From Eubacteriales bacterium (GTDB lineage: Bacteria > Bacillota > Clostridia > Oscillospirales > CAG-272): a stretch of DNA of 64,000 nt. A program made the position numbers and the translations under genes. The stretch spans positions 4,122-68,121 of the forward strand of contig JAZNER010000071.1 in NCBI GenBank assembly GCA_045588675.1, given 5' to 3'. The notes beneath the pieces are model-generated. The model was not told the origin of the DNA. It was given only the letters and a program-made list of their open reading frames with translations, and did not search any database. This document shows positions 48,947-58,303 of the stretch, piece after piece (the stretch's first letter is position 1; each line of letters starts with the position of its first letter).

Positions 48947-49693
48947 CTATCCCAATTCATTCACTTCCGTCGGTTCTGTGTCGGTTGAAACCTCTTCGCT
49001 TGAATCAATTTCAGGTGCTGTGGTTTCGATTTCAGTATCACTTTCAGTAGTCGTTTCTTCGGTGGCGGTTTCTTCAGTAGTTGCTTCTTCAGTAGTTGCT
49101 TCTTCAGTAGCTGTTTCGGTAGTTATTCCTTCGGTAGCTGTTTCTTCTGCAGTCGATTCTTCCGGAGCTGTTACCGGCGTCGATTCTTCCATATTCAAAT
49201 AGTATGTATCGTTCTTAAGTGTTCTTTCGGATTCGGCTTTACTTGAAACACCCCAACAAGTAATTATTTCTATTTCTTTATCTTCGCTGAACCTCAGTGT
49301 AAAGGTAATAACATTTTTCCCCGGCAAGGTAGATACCTGCTCTGTATAACACGAAATATCATCTACAACAAAAACGCAATATGCAGAATTTGCAGAACCG
49401 TCGGCTCTTATTGTAATCACATAGTCCTTATTTTTTTCAAAAGTATATTTCTCAATTATATTGGTATCTTCAGTTTCACCGCTTTTTACGGTAACTGTCA
49501 CATCGCAGTGTGCCGATTGAATATTATTTGCAGACGAAGATACATCCGCAAAAAACCACGCGAAGGTTGTCGAACAAAGAGCTATCATACAAAAGAGAAT
49601 GCCAAAAACAGAAATCGTAATACTTTGCTTAAAAGCTTTGTCTGTCAAATTTTCTTTGTCGGAGCCAAATATTATATTTTTAATTTCTTTCAT
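48947..49693 (-). CDS. Secreted protein with a SipW-cognate-type signal peptide and a Thr/Glu-rich repetitive tail
   Basis: The signal region is ITISVFGILFCMIALCSTTFAWFFADV. The C-terminal tail is ATEEATTEEATTEETATEETTTE. GGAGG lies before the ATG. Confidence 0.75.
   Translation of the reverse strand: MKEIKNIIFGSDKENLTDKAFKQSITISVFGILFCMIALCSTTFAWFFADVSSSANNIQSAHCDVTVTVKSGETEDTNIIEKYTFEKNKDYVITIRADGSANSAYCVFVVDDISCYTEQVSTLPGKNVITFTLRFSEDKEIEIITCWGVSSKAESERTLKNDTYYLNMEESTPVTAPEESTAEETATEGITTETATEEATTEEATTEETATEETTTESDTEIETTAPEIDSSEEVSTDTEPTEVNELG
49040..49155 (-). repeat. Imperfect in-frame tandem repeats of about 15 nt that encode the Thr/Glu-rich tail
   Basis: Units of ttcttcagtagttgc recur head to tail on the + strand. 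Confidence 0.7.
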
Positions 49694-49849
49694 ACGTTTA
49701 GCCTCCTTTCGTGAGGTGAAAAAATACTTTCAGCAATCAAAAGGTACAAACTTATTAACTGTTACTAACTGATTTATTTCTACTGAGAGCTTATGCCTTT
49801 TGATTGCCGCCTATCCCTCATGGGGAGGGATAGGACAGACTTTTATTCT

Positions 49850-51607
49850 TTAGTTGTTTGGATAAACAACGGTTACACCGTCATAGGTCTTCAGACCGGA
49901 AACACCCTGTCCGCCACCAAACAACTGATCAAATACGATGAGTACATTATGCGACTCGTCAGTATTGTGGTTACAAGCGGAGAGATCAATACCGTCCGTG
50001 CCGGTACCTGCTTCAACACGTGCGTACTTGTATTCGCCGGGACCGTTATAACTACCAGCCCCAAGATCGGCATCTTCACAATAATGATAGTTTACCCAAT
50101 CACCATAGATAACCTTTACGTTTTCGCAAGTAACATAGCCAGTGGGATCAGCAACTCCATTCACACCGTCAACATGACCGATCAGCATACCACTGTAACG
50201 GTAGAGCCAGTACTGATAATTCGCTGCAACGTCATTGATTGCGTCAAGCTGGCAAGCAACGGTAATGTCCTTGAACGTTACATTGTTACCGGCGTGAACC
50301 AAACCGACAACACCACCGAGGCGAACATCATAGGTGCCCCAAAGAGGACCGATAACGGTATCTTCATCAACTGCAATATTGGTGAAAGAACAGTTACCAT
50401 AGCACTCAGCTGCAACACCGCCGGCAGAGTTATTGTAAGCAATCAAAGTTGTATTGGAAATTATGATATCAGAGAATGTAGTATCAACAGCATTACCTAC
50501 AACACCTGCTGCTTCATTTCTTCCGCTGGAGATGTATGCATCGGCAACAGTCACATTTTTAATGGTAGCACCATTGGTATAAGCAAAGAGGCCATAATAT
50601 TCGCCCTCATACTGCCATGCGTTAAGGTCGCTCTGCTCGTACATATTAGAAATTGTGTGTCCCTGACCGTCAAAAACGCCATTAAATGATTGACCGTTTG
50701 CAGAATGACCAATCGGATTGAATGGAATGGAAGCAAGGTCTATATCACTATCCAGTTTAATTGTTTTGCCTGCAAAATTATTGCCGCCGTCTACAAGAGA
50801 AGCTAAGCCAGCAACGGCTTCCGCAGTGTTCAACGTAAACTCTGTATCTGTATCATTGTACCACGAGGTATCAGCGGTGCCGTCCCAAACATCAGCAGTT
50901 GCAAGTTCGGGATATGCAGCATCCTTATCATACTGGTTGCCGAAGCTATCGTTCTCATAAGTAAATTGAGTTGCAAGAACATTGATGCCGAAGGTGATTG
51001 TGGGAATATCGGTGCCGTTGTGGTTAGCCTCGTTGCCAACGCTTTCAGCCATATCGACCTTTACGATCAGATACTTGGAAGTACCGGGCAGCAGCATTTC
51101 GTCAGCTCCAAGAACATTTGCGTTTTTAAAGGAAGCTGTATTGGTGTACTGCAATGTGCTTTCGTCGCCGAAAGCCACTCCAAGCAGAACATCGCCCATT
51201 GCCCCAGTATCCATAATAATCGAATCAACGGTAAGAATGTCTGAGAGAACGATATTAGCACCGTCTTTAGTCTTACCGATGGTCTCGTTAACAATGTTCA
51301 TATTGGCATTGTATTTCAAAGCCAAAGTACCATTGTTCTTAATACGGAGAGCGACTACCTCTGTGTGACCGGGCTCCCAAAGTCCCTTCTGGAACAGATC
51401 GGTTGCACCGTCAAGTTCGTTCCAGTTTTCACCGTCAAGCGTATACTCAACAACAATGTCAAGATTGCCTGCGGTAATCACGTTGCTGCCGGAAGCAGCA
51501 CTGTCTGTAAACCACGCGAACGTCGTGCTAAGCAGCATGGAAAAGCAAAGGAGCAGTGCCATGACGCTTGCAAGGAGTGCGCGCTTTGTGGATTTTGTGT
51601 TAGTCAT
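49850..51607 (-). CDS. TasA/camelysin-like N-domain protein with a SipW-cognate signal peptide and a GLUG-type beta-helix C-domain (585 aa paralog)
   Basis: The signal is KRALLASVMALLLCFSMLLSTTFAWFTDS. The TasA-like block is GNLDIVVEY...WEPGHTEVVALRIKNNGTLALKY. The C-domain has WDGTADTSWY...FNGVFDGQGHTISNMY and AGGVA/LGGVVG repeats. Confidence 0.75.
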   Translation of the reverse strand: MTNTKSTKRALLASVMALLLCFSMLLSTTFAWFTDSAASGSNVITAGNLDIVVEYTLDGENWNELDGATDLFQKGLWEPGHTEVVALRIKNNGTLALKYNANMNIVNETIGKTKDGANIVLSDILTVDSIIMDTGAMGDVLLGVAFGDESTLQYTNTASFKNANVLGADEMLLPGTSKYLIVKVDMAESVGNEANHNGTDIPTITFGINVLATQFTYENDSFGNQYDKDAAYPELATADVWDGTADTSWYNDTDTEFTLNTAEAVAGLASLVDGGNNFAGKTIKLDSDIDLASIPFNPIGHSANGQSFNGVFDGQGHTISNMYEQSDLNAWQYEGEYYGLFAYTNGATIKNVTVADAYISSGRNEAAGVVGNAVDTTFSDIIISNTTLIAYNNSAGGVAAECYGNCSFTNIAVDEDTVIGPLWGTYDVRLGGVVGLVHAGNNVTFKDITVACQLDAINDVAANYQYWLYRYSGMLIGHVDGVNGVADPTGYVTCENVKVIYGDWVNYHYCEDADLGAGSYNGPGEYKYARVEAGTGTDGIDLSACNHNTDESHNVLIVFDQLFGGGQGVSGLKTYDGVTVVYPNN

Positions 51608-51639
51608 TTTGTTTAACCTCCTTTGAAGACAATCAGAGA

Positions 51640-53178
51640 TTAGCCCTTGCGGTAAACTTCAATGCCGTCAATATTGATGATAGCAACACGACCCGAGTTC
51701 ATCTTGCCGGTAGTACCATAGGAACCGTTATAGGTGGTGTTGTTAACATTGATCGTACCGCCAGAGCTGAACACCTGGAATGCCAATGCGTTTGCATCGG
51801 AACCCGCGTAGACCTCACAGTTATTGATAGTCAAAGTAGCACCGCCTGCGACTGCAACAGCGTGAGACTTTTCTGCCTTGATAATGCAATTTTCGATAGT
51901 CATATCACCCATAGCATATACAGCAGGCTGCATGTTCTTGGTGTTTTTCGCAGTAATGGTAGCATCCTTAACAGAAGAACCTTCGGGCAGAAGCAGACCG
52001 GTCGTTGCTTCAAAAGTACCACCGTTGATCTCTACGCTGAGATTGCTTCCATCATAATAAGAGCAATCCAATACATATCCGTTAGCTGCGGTGCTCGTAT
52101 AATTAACATCATTCAGAACAATCTTGATTTCACCGTCACCGTCAGGCTTAATCAAAGTAGAACCTGCATCGTCAGAAATGAAGCTACCGCCATTGATTTC
52201 GATAGTAGCATTCGCCCCTGCGGCAACATCGACCAATCCGTTCTTGCCCAGCTTAACTTCTTCGTCAGTTCCTTCGATTTTTACAGTAACATCGCTTCCA
52301 GAAGCTACGAAGAAAGCACTATCGAGGGCGGAGGCATCCATATCAAAACCGTTCAGATCAATCGTAACATTGTCGGCAACAGCAATAGTTTCCGTCAAGG
52401 AAATGTCAGCCTCAAACTTTACGCTCTTACCCTCTGCAAGAGCATCGGAAAGACCTGCTGCATCAACCACAGGATACTCCGCGTCTGCATCATACTGATT
52501 ACCGAAGCTATCATTTTCATAAGTAAACTGAGTAGCAAGAACATTGATACCGAAGTTGATGGTAGGAATGTCTGTACCATTGTGGTTAGCTTCGTTAGCA
52601 ACAGCTTCGTCCATATCAACCTTGATGATCAAATAGTGCTCTACACCGGGAGCAAGCTCAACATCACTGCGAAGAATGTTACCTGCTTTGAATGTAGCGG
52701 TATTTTCATAAGCCACGCTACTTTCACCGTTAAATGCAAGCATAAGTGCAATATCACCAACACCCATATCATCGTTAGCCTGCTGAACAAGAGTACTTAC
52801 GGTAAGAATGTCTGAGAGAACGATATCAGCACCATCCTTAGTCTTACCGATGGTCTCGCTGGCAATGTTCATATTGGCAGCATATTTCAGAGCCAAAGAA
52901 CCATTGTTGGTGATACGGAGAGCGACTACTTCTGTGTGACCGGGCTCCCAAAGTCCCTTCTGGAACAGATCGGTTGCACCGTCAAGCTCCTTCCAGATTT
53001 CGCCGTCAAGCGTGTACTCGACAACAATGTCAAGGTTGCCTGCAGTGATTACATTGCTACCTGAAACAGCGCTATCTGTAAACCACGCGAACGTCGTCCC
53101 AAGCAGCATGGTAAAGCAAAGGAGCATTGCCGTGATGCTTGATAGAAGTGCGCGTTTTGTTGAATTTTTGTTAGTCAT
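51640..53178 (-). CDS. TasA/camelysin-like N-domain protein with a SipW-cognate signal peptide and a different parallel beta-helix-like C-domain (512 aa paralog)
   Basis: The first roughly 235 aa are almost identical to the 585-aa paralog. The C-terminal half has repetitive beta-strand units (VTIDLNG, ATIEINGG, LSVEINGG, LTINNC). Confidence 0.75.
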   Translation of the reverse strand: MTNKNSTKRALLSSITAMLLCFTMLLGTTFAWFTDSAVSGSNVITAGNLDIVVEYTLDGEIWKELDGATDLFQKGLWEPGHTEVVALRITNNGSLALKYAANMNIASETIGKTKDGADIVLSDILTVSTLVQQANDDMGVGDIALMLAFNGESSVAYENTATFKAGNILRSDVELAPGVEHYLIIKVDMDEAVANEANHNGTDIPTINFGINVLATQFTYENDSFGNQYDADAEYPVVDAAGLSDALAEGKSVKFEADISLTETIAVADNVTIDLNGFDMDASALDSAFFVASGSDVTVKIEGTDEEVKLGKNGLVDVAAGANATIEINGGSFISDDAGSTLIKPDGDGEIKIVLNDVNYTSTAANGYVLDCSYYDGSNLSVEINGGTFEATTGLLLPEGSSVKDATITAKNTKNMQPAVYAMGDMTIENCIIKAEKSHAVAVAGGATLTINNCEVYAGSDANALAFQVFSSGGTINVNNTTYNGSYGTTGKMNSGRVAIINIDGIEVYRKG

Positions 53179-53300
53179 TTTTTATTACCTCCTTTTTGGC
53201 ATATTTCTTTAGACTAACTATGTAAAGCGGTCTTTCCGCACTACATCAAATCAAGTTTGATTTGTTATTTCTTCGGGTACATACCCGCTATTAACAGTGT

Positions 53301-55190
53301 TTATTTGTTGTTGTAAATAACTTTTACACCATCGTGTGTTGGAGATCCGTAAACACCTTGACCTCCTCCGTAAAGCTGGTCGAATGTACATTCAATAAAG
53401 TGATCCTCACCTGCGTTATGAACATGATTATCGTCGACAACTTCATTTCCGTTTGCATCAGTAGGATGTCCGTATCTAGGATTTGAATAAGCGCTGTTGC
53501 TGACACCGGCTTGAACTCTTACATAAGGCCAACTTGTTCCTGCAAACTCGCAGTAGGTGTAATTTGCCCATTCACCATAAGTAACGGTAACATTTTCGCA
53601 AGTCAGCTGAGGAGCATCTGCATATGTAGTGCCATCAACTACTACAGTCTTACCGGGATTGCCGATCAACATACCGCAACGGCGGTATGCATACCACTGA
53701 TACGAAGAGGTAACATCGTTGTACGCATCTATGCGGCAAGCAACATTACAATCTTTCATGTAAATCGTTGCACTTCCGCCTGCTCCGCCTATTATACCGC
53801 CAGTAGAGTTGTCAAAATCTCCCCACTGTGCTGCGATGGTGGTGGAAGCATCTACATCACAATTAATGTACTGATGGTTACCGCTCGCCCAACCAACTAT
53901 GCCTCCTGCATAGTACTGATAGTCTGCGCCTTTTGAGTTGCTTACTTTGATATTTTCAAATGTGCAATCTCCGTAAGCTGTGGCAGCAACGATACCAACT
54001 ATAGCAGATTCACCCGAAATGTCAGCACCATCCATATTCAAATTCTTAATGGTGGCATCCTCAACCATTCCAAACAGACCAAGGCCAAGATCTCCGTAGT
54101 AGTAACCGTTATTAAGCTCCCATGTGTTCTGGCTCAAATTCTTTATCGTATGGCCTTGACCGTCAAACGTACCGGTAAATGCCTTGTCTTGTCTATACGA
54201 GCCTATGGGATCAAAGCATATATTATTAAGATCTACGTCCTCATCCAGCTTAACAGTTTTTCCTTCAAATGTTACGGGCAGAGTTATCTCTGATGACGCG
54301 TCAGCGGGAATAGCCGCTGTGCCGTCAACGAGGGCTGCAAGTCCTGCCAAGGCCTCTGCACTATACAGAGTAAATTCGGTTGCCTCTGGATTTTCTAAAT
54401 ACCAAGAAATATCAGCAGTGCCGTTCCAAATGTCAGGAAGCTCGGGATATGTAGCATCCTCGTCATAATCACTACCGAAGCTATCGCTTTCATATGCAAG
54501 CTGTGTAGCAACCGCGGTCAGAGTGAAATCGATCTGGGGAATATCTGTTCCGTTGTGATTTGCCTCGTTGGTAACCGTAGTGGGCATAGAGATCACAACA
54601 AGAACGTAAGCAGAACTGTAAGCGCCGTTTGTGGCGTCGTTAGCGGAGAAAGCAACACCGTTCTTGATTACGGCGATTTCATCCTTCAAGGAAGCTACAC
54701 CAGAGTTAGCGGCGCTACCCCACGCAAAGCTATCAAGGCTCTCACGGGTGGTGTAGAAGTTGCTCTCCATTTCAGTGGAAGTGGTAGTCATATATTTAAC
54801 TTGCAGATAATCGGAAAGGCTGAACTTTTCGCCTGCCTTGTTTGTCCCCTGTTTTTCGCTTGCAACATTTACGGCAAGGTCATAGCGGAAAGCAAGAGAA
54901 CCGAGATTTTCAACCTTCAGCCATACAGCCTCGGTGTAGCCTGGCTCGTAAAGAGCATCTTTGCCGAAAAGAATTGTGCTTTCCGTTACTTCCGTCCATT
55001 CGGTGTTCTCTGCACCGTAGGGCTTATAAGACAGTTTCATATCCAGATTACCTGTCTTAATGATGTTGTTTCCGCTGGTTGCGGAATCTGTGAACCACGC
55101 GAACGTCGTCCCAAGCAGCATGGTAAAGCAAAGAAGCATCGCCATGACGCTTGAGAGTAGTGCGCGCTTTGTTTGTTTTGTTTTAGTCAT
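53301..55190 (-). CDS. TasA/camelysin-like N-domain protein with a SipW-cognate signal peptide and a GLUG-type beta-helix C-domain (629 aa paralog)
   Basis: The signal is KRALLSSVMAMLLCFTMLLGTTFAWFTDS. The N-domain is more divergent. The C-domain is homologous to the 585-aa paralog (WNGTADISWY...FTGTFDGQGHTIKNL). Confidence 0.75.
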   Translation of the reverse strand: MTKTKQTKRALLSSVMAMLLCFTMLLGTTFAWFTDSATSGNNIIKTGNLDMKLSYKPYGAENTEWTEVTESTILFGKDALYEPGYTEAVWLKVENLGSLAFRYDLAVNVASEKQGTNKAGEKFSLSDYLQVKYMTTTSTEMESNFYTTRESLDSFAWGSAANSGVASLKDEIAVIKNGVAFSANDATNGAYSSAYVLVVISMPTTVTNEANHNGTDIPQIDFTLTAVATQLAYESDSFGSDYDEDATYPELPDIWNGTADISWYLENPEATEFTLYSAEALAGLAALVDGTAAIPADASSEITLPVTFEGKTVKLDEDVDLNNICFDPIGSYRQDKAFTGTFDGQGHTIKNLSQNTWELNNGYYYGDLGLGLFGMVEDATIKNLNMDGADISGESAIVGIVAATAYGDCTFENIKVSNSKGADYQYYAGGIVGWASGNHQYINCDVDASTTIAAQWGDFDNSTGGIIGGAGGSATIYMKDCNVACRIDAYNDVTSSYQWYAYRRCGMLIGNPGKTVVVDGTTYADAPQLTCENVTVTYGEWANYTYCEFAGTSWPYVRVQAGVSNSAYSNPRYGHPTDANGNEVVDDNHVHNAGEDHFIECTFDQLYGGGQGVYGSPTHDGVKVIYNNK

Positions 55191-55265
55191 TTTTTGTTAC
55201 CTCCTTATTGGTGTGTTTCGCTAAACTAACTCTATATAAAGCGGTGTTGCCGCAATACGCTAAAA

Positions 55266-55997
55266 TTATGTTTGAGCCGTCGTATCGTCGGCACTGTTTT
55301 CGGTCGTTAGTGTGAAATTTGCTTCCCCGCCCTCTTTCTTGGCAAGCTGTGCTTTGAGCTCAAGCAGCTCAGCCATCATACGCTGACTTTCAGCGCGTTC
55401 TTCCTCGAGCTTTGCTCTTTCAGCCTTCATTTCTTCCATTTGTTCCTTTTTATATTTGCGGAACAGGCGAACACAATTAAGCCCCTGTGAAAGAATAAGA
55501 AGCAGAAAAGGAACGAGAATACAAAGAATATATCCGGGTGTTGTTTTAAGAAAAGCAAAAAACAATCCTACCTTTGGTATTCTTCCCTGATATTTGCCAA
55601 CGACATATTCATGTGTAACGATAGTTTCATCATCGGTATTTGTGGTCGTACCGTAGGTAATAAATCCCGGGTTGCCATAAACGTCGGTTGTAAGCTTTCT
55701 GATTTTGTGTGTTACCGTTTCTCCAAAGCTGTTCGGATCTTGTGACAAAAAGGTTATGATGTCGCCTTCCTTCAGCGTTGCAGGATCTACATTTTTGGAT
55801 ATTGCTATATCACCTGCATCAAAATCAGTTGCTGACATTGAGTCGGTTTGCACTATAAAAAATTTAAAACCAAATAAATTTCTATCCGTTTGATTGAAGG
55901 TGTTTACCGAGAAAATGGTGAAAATCATCATTCCTACTGCTATTGCGACTATGGTCCATACCAACACGGCTTTTGCGATCTGTAATGCTTTTTTCAT
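55266..55997 (-). CDS. sipW: SipW-type (archaeal/ER-like) signal peptidase I with a C-terminal coiled-coil extension
   Basis: It has an N-terminal TM segment, a catalytic Ser context VQTDSMSA, GDIITF and His context VTHKI, and a second TM segment. The pattern matches B. subtilis SipW. A charged helical tail follows. Confidence 0.85.
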   Translation of the reverse strand: MKKALQIAKAVLVWTIVAIAVGMMIFTIFSVNTFNQTDRNLFGFKFFIVQTDSMSATDFDAGDIAISKNVDPATLKEGDIITFLSQDPNSFGETVTHKIRKLTTDVYGNPGFITYGTTTNTDDETIVTHEYVVGKYQGRIPKVGLFFAFLKTTPGYILCILVPFLLLILSQGLNCVRLFRKYKKEQMEEMKAERAKLEEERAESQRMMAELLELKAQLAKKEGGEANFTLTTENSADDTTAQT

Positions 55998-56007
55998 TCA
56001 GTCCTCC

Positions 56008-56556
56008 TTAATCACCAAAATCCATCTGTGGATTGTTTTGCTTTTGGGTTGCATTAGCTGTGATGTTAAAGGACACTGTCTGCCCCTGCGCGCTGTTATC
56101 AGTGTCGGAAGAAAAATAGAATTCGATATAAAGCGTCTTTTCTTCTCCTGCGGCAAGCGAGCTTACTGCAACCTTATCGGCTCTCAGCTCATTCATCGTG
56201 CCTTTGCAAAGAACAGTGCCGTCTTTTTCTTTAATAGTAACAGTAATGAAATCCTTGAGGGGACCCTCCACCTCGGTAAAATAAACGCGATACCACACAT
56301 CAAAGGATCCAAGATTAGCAATAGGAAATTCGCTTCGATATGTTCCGCCCGGTTCGTAAAATACATCTGTAACGTCAACTACCGGGTTGCCTTCGTTTAT
56401 CTTAAGCTCCACGCCCATACTCATGGCAAAACGATTGTTTCGCACACTGACAATTGAGCTTACCAAAGCCAAGCTGGTAATCGTCAGCCCACAAACAAGG
56501 AGAACAACGGTCGCGATCATAATATTAAGTTTTTTCTTCAGACTTTGTTCGTTCAT
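56008..56556 (-). CDS. Small TasA-like single-module protein with an N-terminal TM/signal segment
   Basis: 182 aa. After the hydrophobic segment, EPGGTYRSEFPIANLGSFDVWYRVYF and GEEKTLYIEFYFSS resemble the TasA/camelysin beta-sandwich pattern. AAGGAG lies before the ATG. Confidence 0.6.
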   Translation of the reverse strand: MNEQSLKKKLNIMIATVVLLVCGLTITSLALVSSIVSVRNNRFAMSMGVELKINEGNPVVDVTDVFYEPGGTYRSEFPIANLGSFDVWYRVYFTEVEGPLKDFITVTIKEKDGTVLCKGTMNELRADKVAVSSLAAGEEKTLYIEFYFSSDTDNSAQGQTVSFNITANATQKQNNPQMDFGD

Positions 56557-56571
56557 TCACCTATGTCTCCT

Positions 56572-58263
56572 TTACTGTAATTGCCACGAAAAATCGGCGG
56601 TAAGGCTTTCGCCTGCATATTCGTTACCGACCTCTGCGCCATTGGTGTAAACGGTTATTCGGTAATAGATCGGGGTGACGGTCTTGGCGTTTGCCGTCAC
56701 GCTCACGCCAACGACAGTACAATCCTTTATCAATCCGTCATACAAAATTTTGTCTTGAGCCTGGGGGATAAGCTGTTCAATTTTTACTCTTAATACCTTT
56801 GAAAGCTTTTGTGATGTGTCAACGGCGATATCAAAACAAACATTCTGTTTGCTATCGTGAGTGACCGAAACACAATAATACTGCTCTGCTCTGTCACCGG
56901 GCAACATATTCTTTACATCAAACGGGATATTAGCATAGCCATCCTTCGCCGTCAGCTCAATTGCCGTTGCTGTTACCGGCGGTTGGGGAGGAGAGGGCGG
57001 ACTTGGCGGACTTGGGGGATCTGGAGTATCCGGTGGCGTATAAGGCTTATCATATGCAACAAAGCTGTTGCTTGGCACTTTAAGCTGCTCGCTTGTTTCT
57101 TCCAGCGTCCAAGACAAATCGCACACAAGCTTGGTTTCACAATATTCTTCTGTCAATCCGTCTGCGGTAACAGTTACCTTGTAATACACCGTCGTTTTGT
57201 TGTTATCATTTTTGGGAAGCATATGCTCAACGTTGAGATCTTTGAGCAGTCCTTCGTAAAGCGTGTCGTTTCCGTCTTCGCCGACAAGCTCTACCTTGAC
57301 TTTCAGCACCTCGCCGAGCTTGCTGTCAAGCACGACCGCATTGTTGATAGCCACCTTGATGTCCTCTCCGTGTGTCACTTCAAAAGCGAAATATTTTGTC
57401 TGGCTGTCACCGTTTTTTATGTCCTTCATATCAAAAGCGGTGTTGTCGCCTTCGTTTACTTGAGAAAATTTCAAATCGGGATTTATTATCGGAGGAGAGG
57501 GCGGCGTCGGCGGGTCGGGAGGGGTTGCTTTGGAAACCGTAGTAAACTCGTGGTTTGCGACTGTGATATTATCCTGTCCCTCTATCCACCAAGACATATC
57601 CGCTATCAGCTTTTGTCCGTAATATTGATCATCAAGAGAAGCATCGAGATAAATCGTGATACGGAACAGATACTCTATTGTTGTATTTATGTCTGTGTTA
57701 AGTGCAATTTCAATCGCAGGCATATCTGCCAGCAAGCCGCGATACAGCAGCTTGTCGCCCTCTGCGCCGACAAGCTCAGCTTTAATATTCAATATCTCAG
57801 CAAGCTTTTGGAACTCCTCGTTTTCGCGTATAGTCATATCATATTTCAAAATGAAATCCGAGTTATATGTAGCAATCACACGATAGAAAATGCTCGCGCT
57901 ACCACCTTCGTCCATTCCTTCGATATAAAACGGGAGATTTTCCTCGTCGCTGCCTTTGCTAAATTCCAAATCAGCTTTTGAAATAACGACAGGTGGAGGC
58001 GGATCGATGACATTTCCCGGGATCTCCACAGAGCCGTGCGACACTTCTCCGCCCTGACAGCCACGTAGCGTTAAGCTTATTGAGGTAAGCGCTAAAATCA
58101 ATATTCCAATTATAACAGCAACTCTCTTCAGGTTGTTGATCTGTTTAACTGCTGCCAGCGGATCGTTCTTCCCTATTATTTTTTCAAATTTAGCAATAGA
58201 AAAAAATTTACCAATGCCTCGCCCCACAGAAGCTACGATATTTTGAAATTTGTTTCTTTTCAT
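56572..58263 (-). CDS. Membrane-anchored protein with three tandem TasA-like modules joined by Pro-rich linkers
   Basis: 563 aa with one TM segment (VAVIIGILILALTSISLTL). The three roughly 140-aa modules end in DMSWWIEGQ, CDLSWTLEE and ADFSWQLQ. The linkers are TPPDPPTPPSPP and TPPDTPDPPSPPSPPSPPQPP. Confidence 0.7.
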   Translation of the reverse strand: MKRNKFQNIVASVGRGIGKFFSIAKFEKIIGKNDPLAAVKQINNLKRVAVIIGILILALTSISLTLRGCQGGEVSHGSVEIPGNVIDPPPPVVISKADLEFSKGSDEENLPFYIEGMDEGGSASIFYRVIATYNSDFILKYDMTIRENEEFQKLAEILNIKAELVGAEGDKLLYRGLLADMPAIEIALNTDINTTIEYLFRITIYLDASLDDQYYGQKLIADMSWWIEGQDNITVANHEFTTVSKATPPDPPTPPSPPIINPDLKFSQVNEGDNTAFDMKDIKNGDSQTKYFAFEVTHGEDIKVAINNAVVLDSKLGEVLKVKVELVGEDGNDTLYEGLLKDLNVEHMLPKNDNNKTTVYYKVTVTADGLTEEYCETKLVCDLSWTLEETSEQLKVPSNSFVAYDKPYTPPDTPDPPSPPSPPSPPQPPVTATAIELTAKDGYANIPFDVKNMLPGDRAEQYYCVSVTHDSKQNVCFDIAVDTSQKLSKVLRVKIEQLIPQAQDKILYDGLIKDCTVVGVSVTANAKTVTPIYYRITVYTNGAEVGNEYAGESLTADFSWQLQ

Positions 58264-58303
58264 CGCTGTCCTCCTTTCTTAAAATCACATAGGAGTTATA
58301 ATC

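Noticed and set aside
49793-57981. Long plus-strand ORFs inside the fibre locus (49793-50689, 51862-52815, 54555-55154, 56857-57981).
   Set aside because: All are antisense to minus-strand genes that have strong RBSs and recognisable signal peptides and domains. Their translations are Ile/Cys/Arg-rich nonsense typical of shadow frames.
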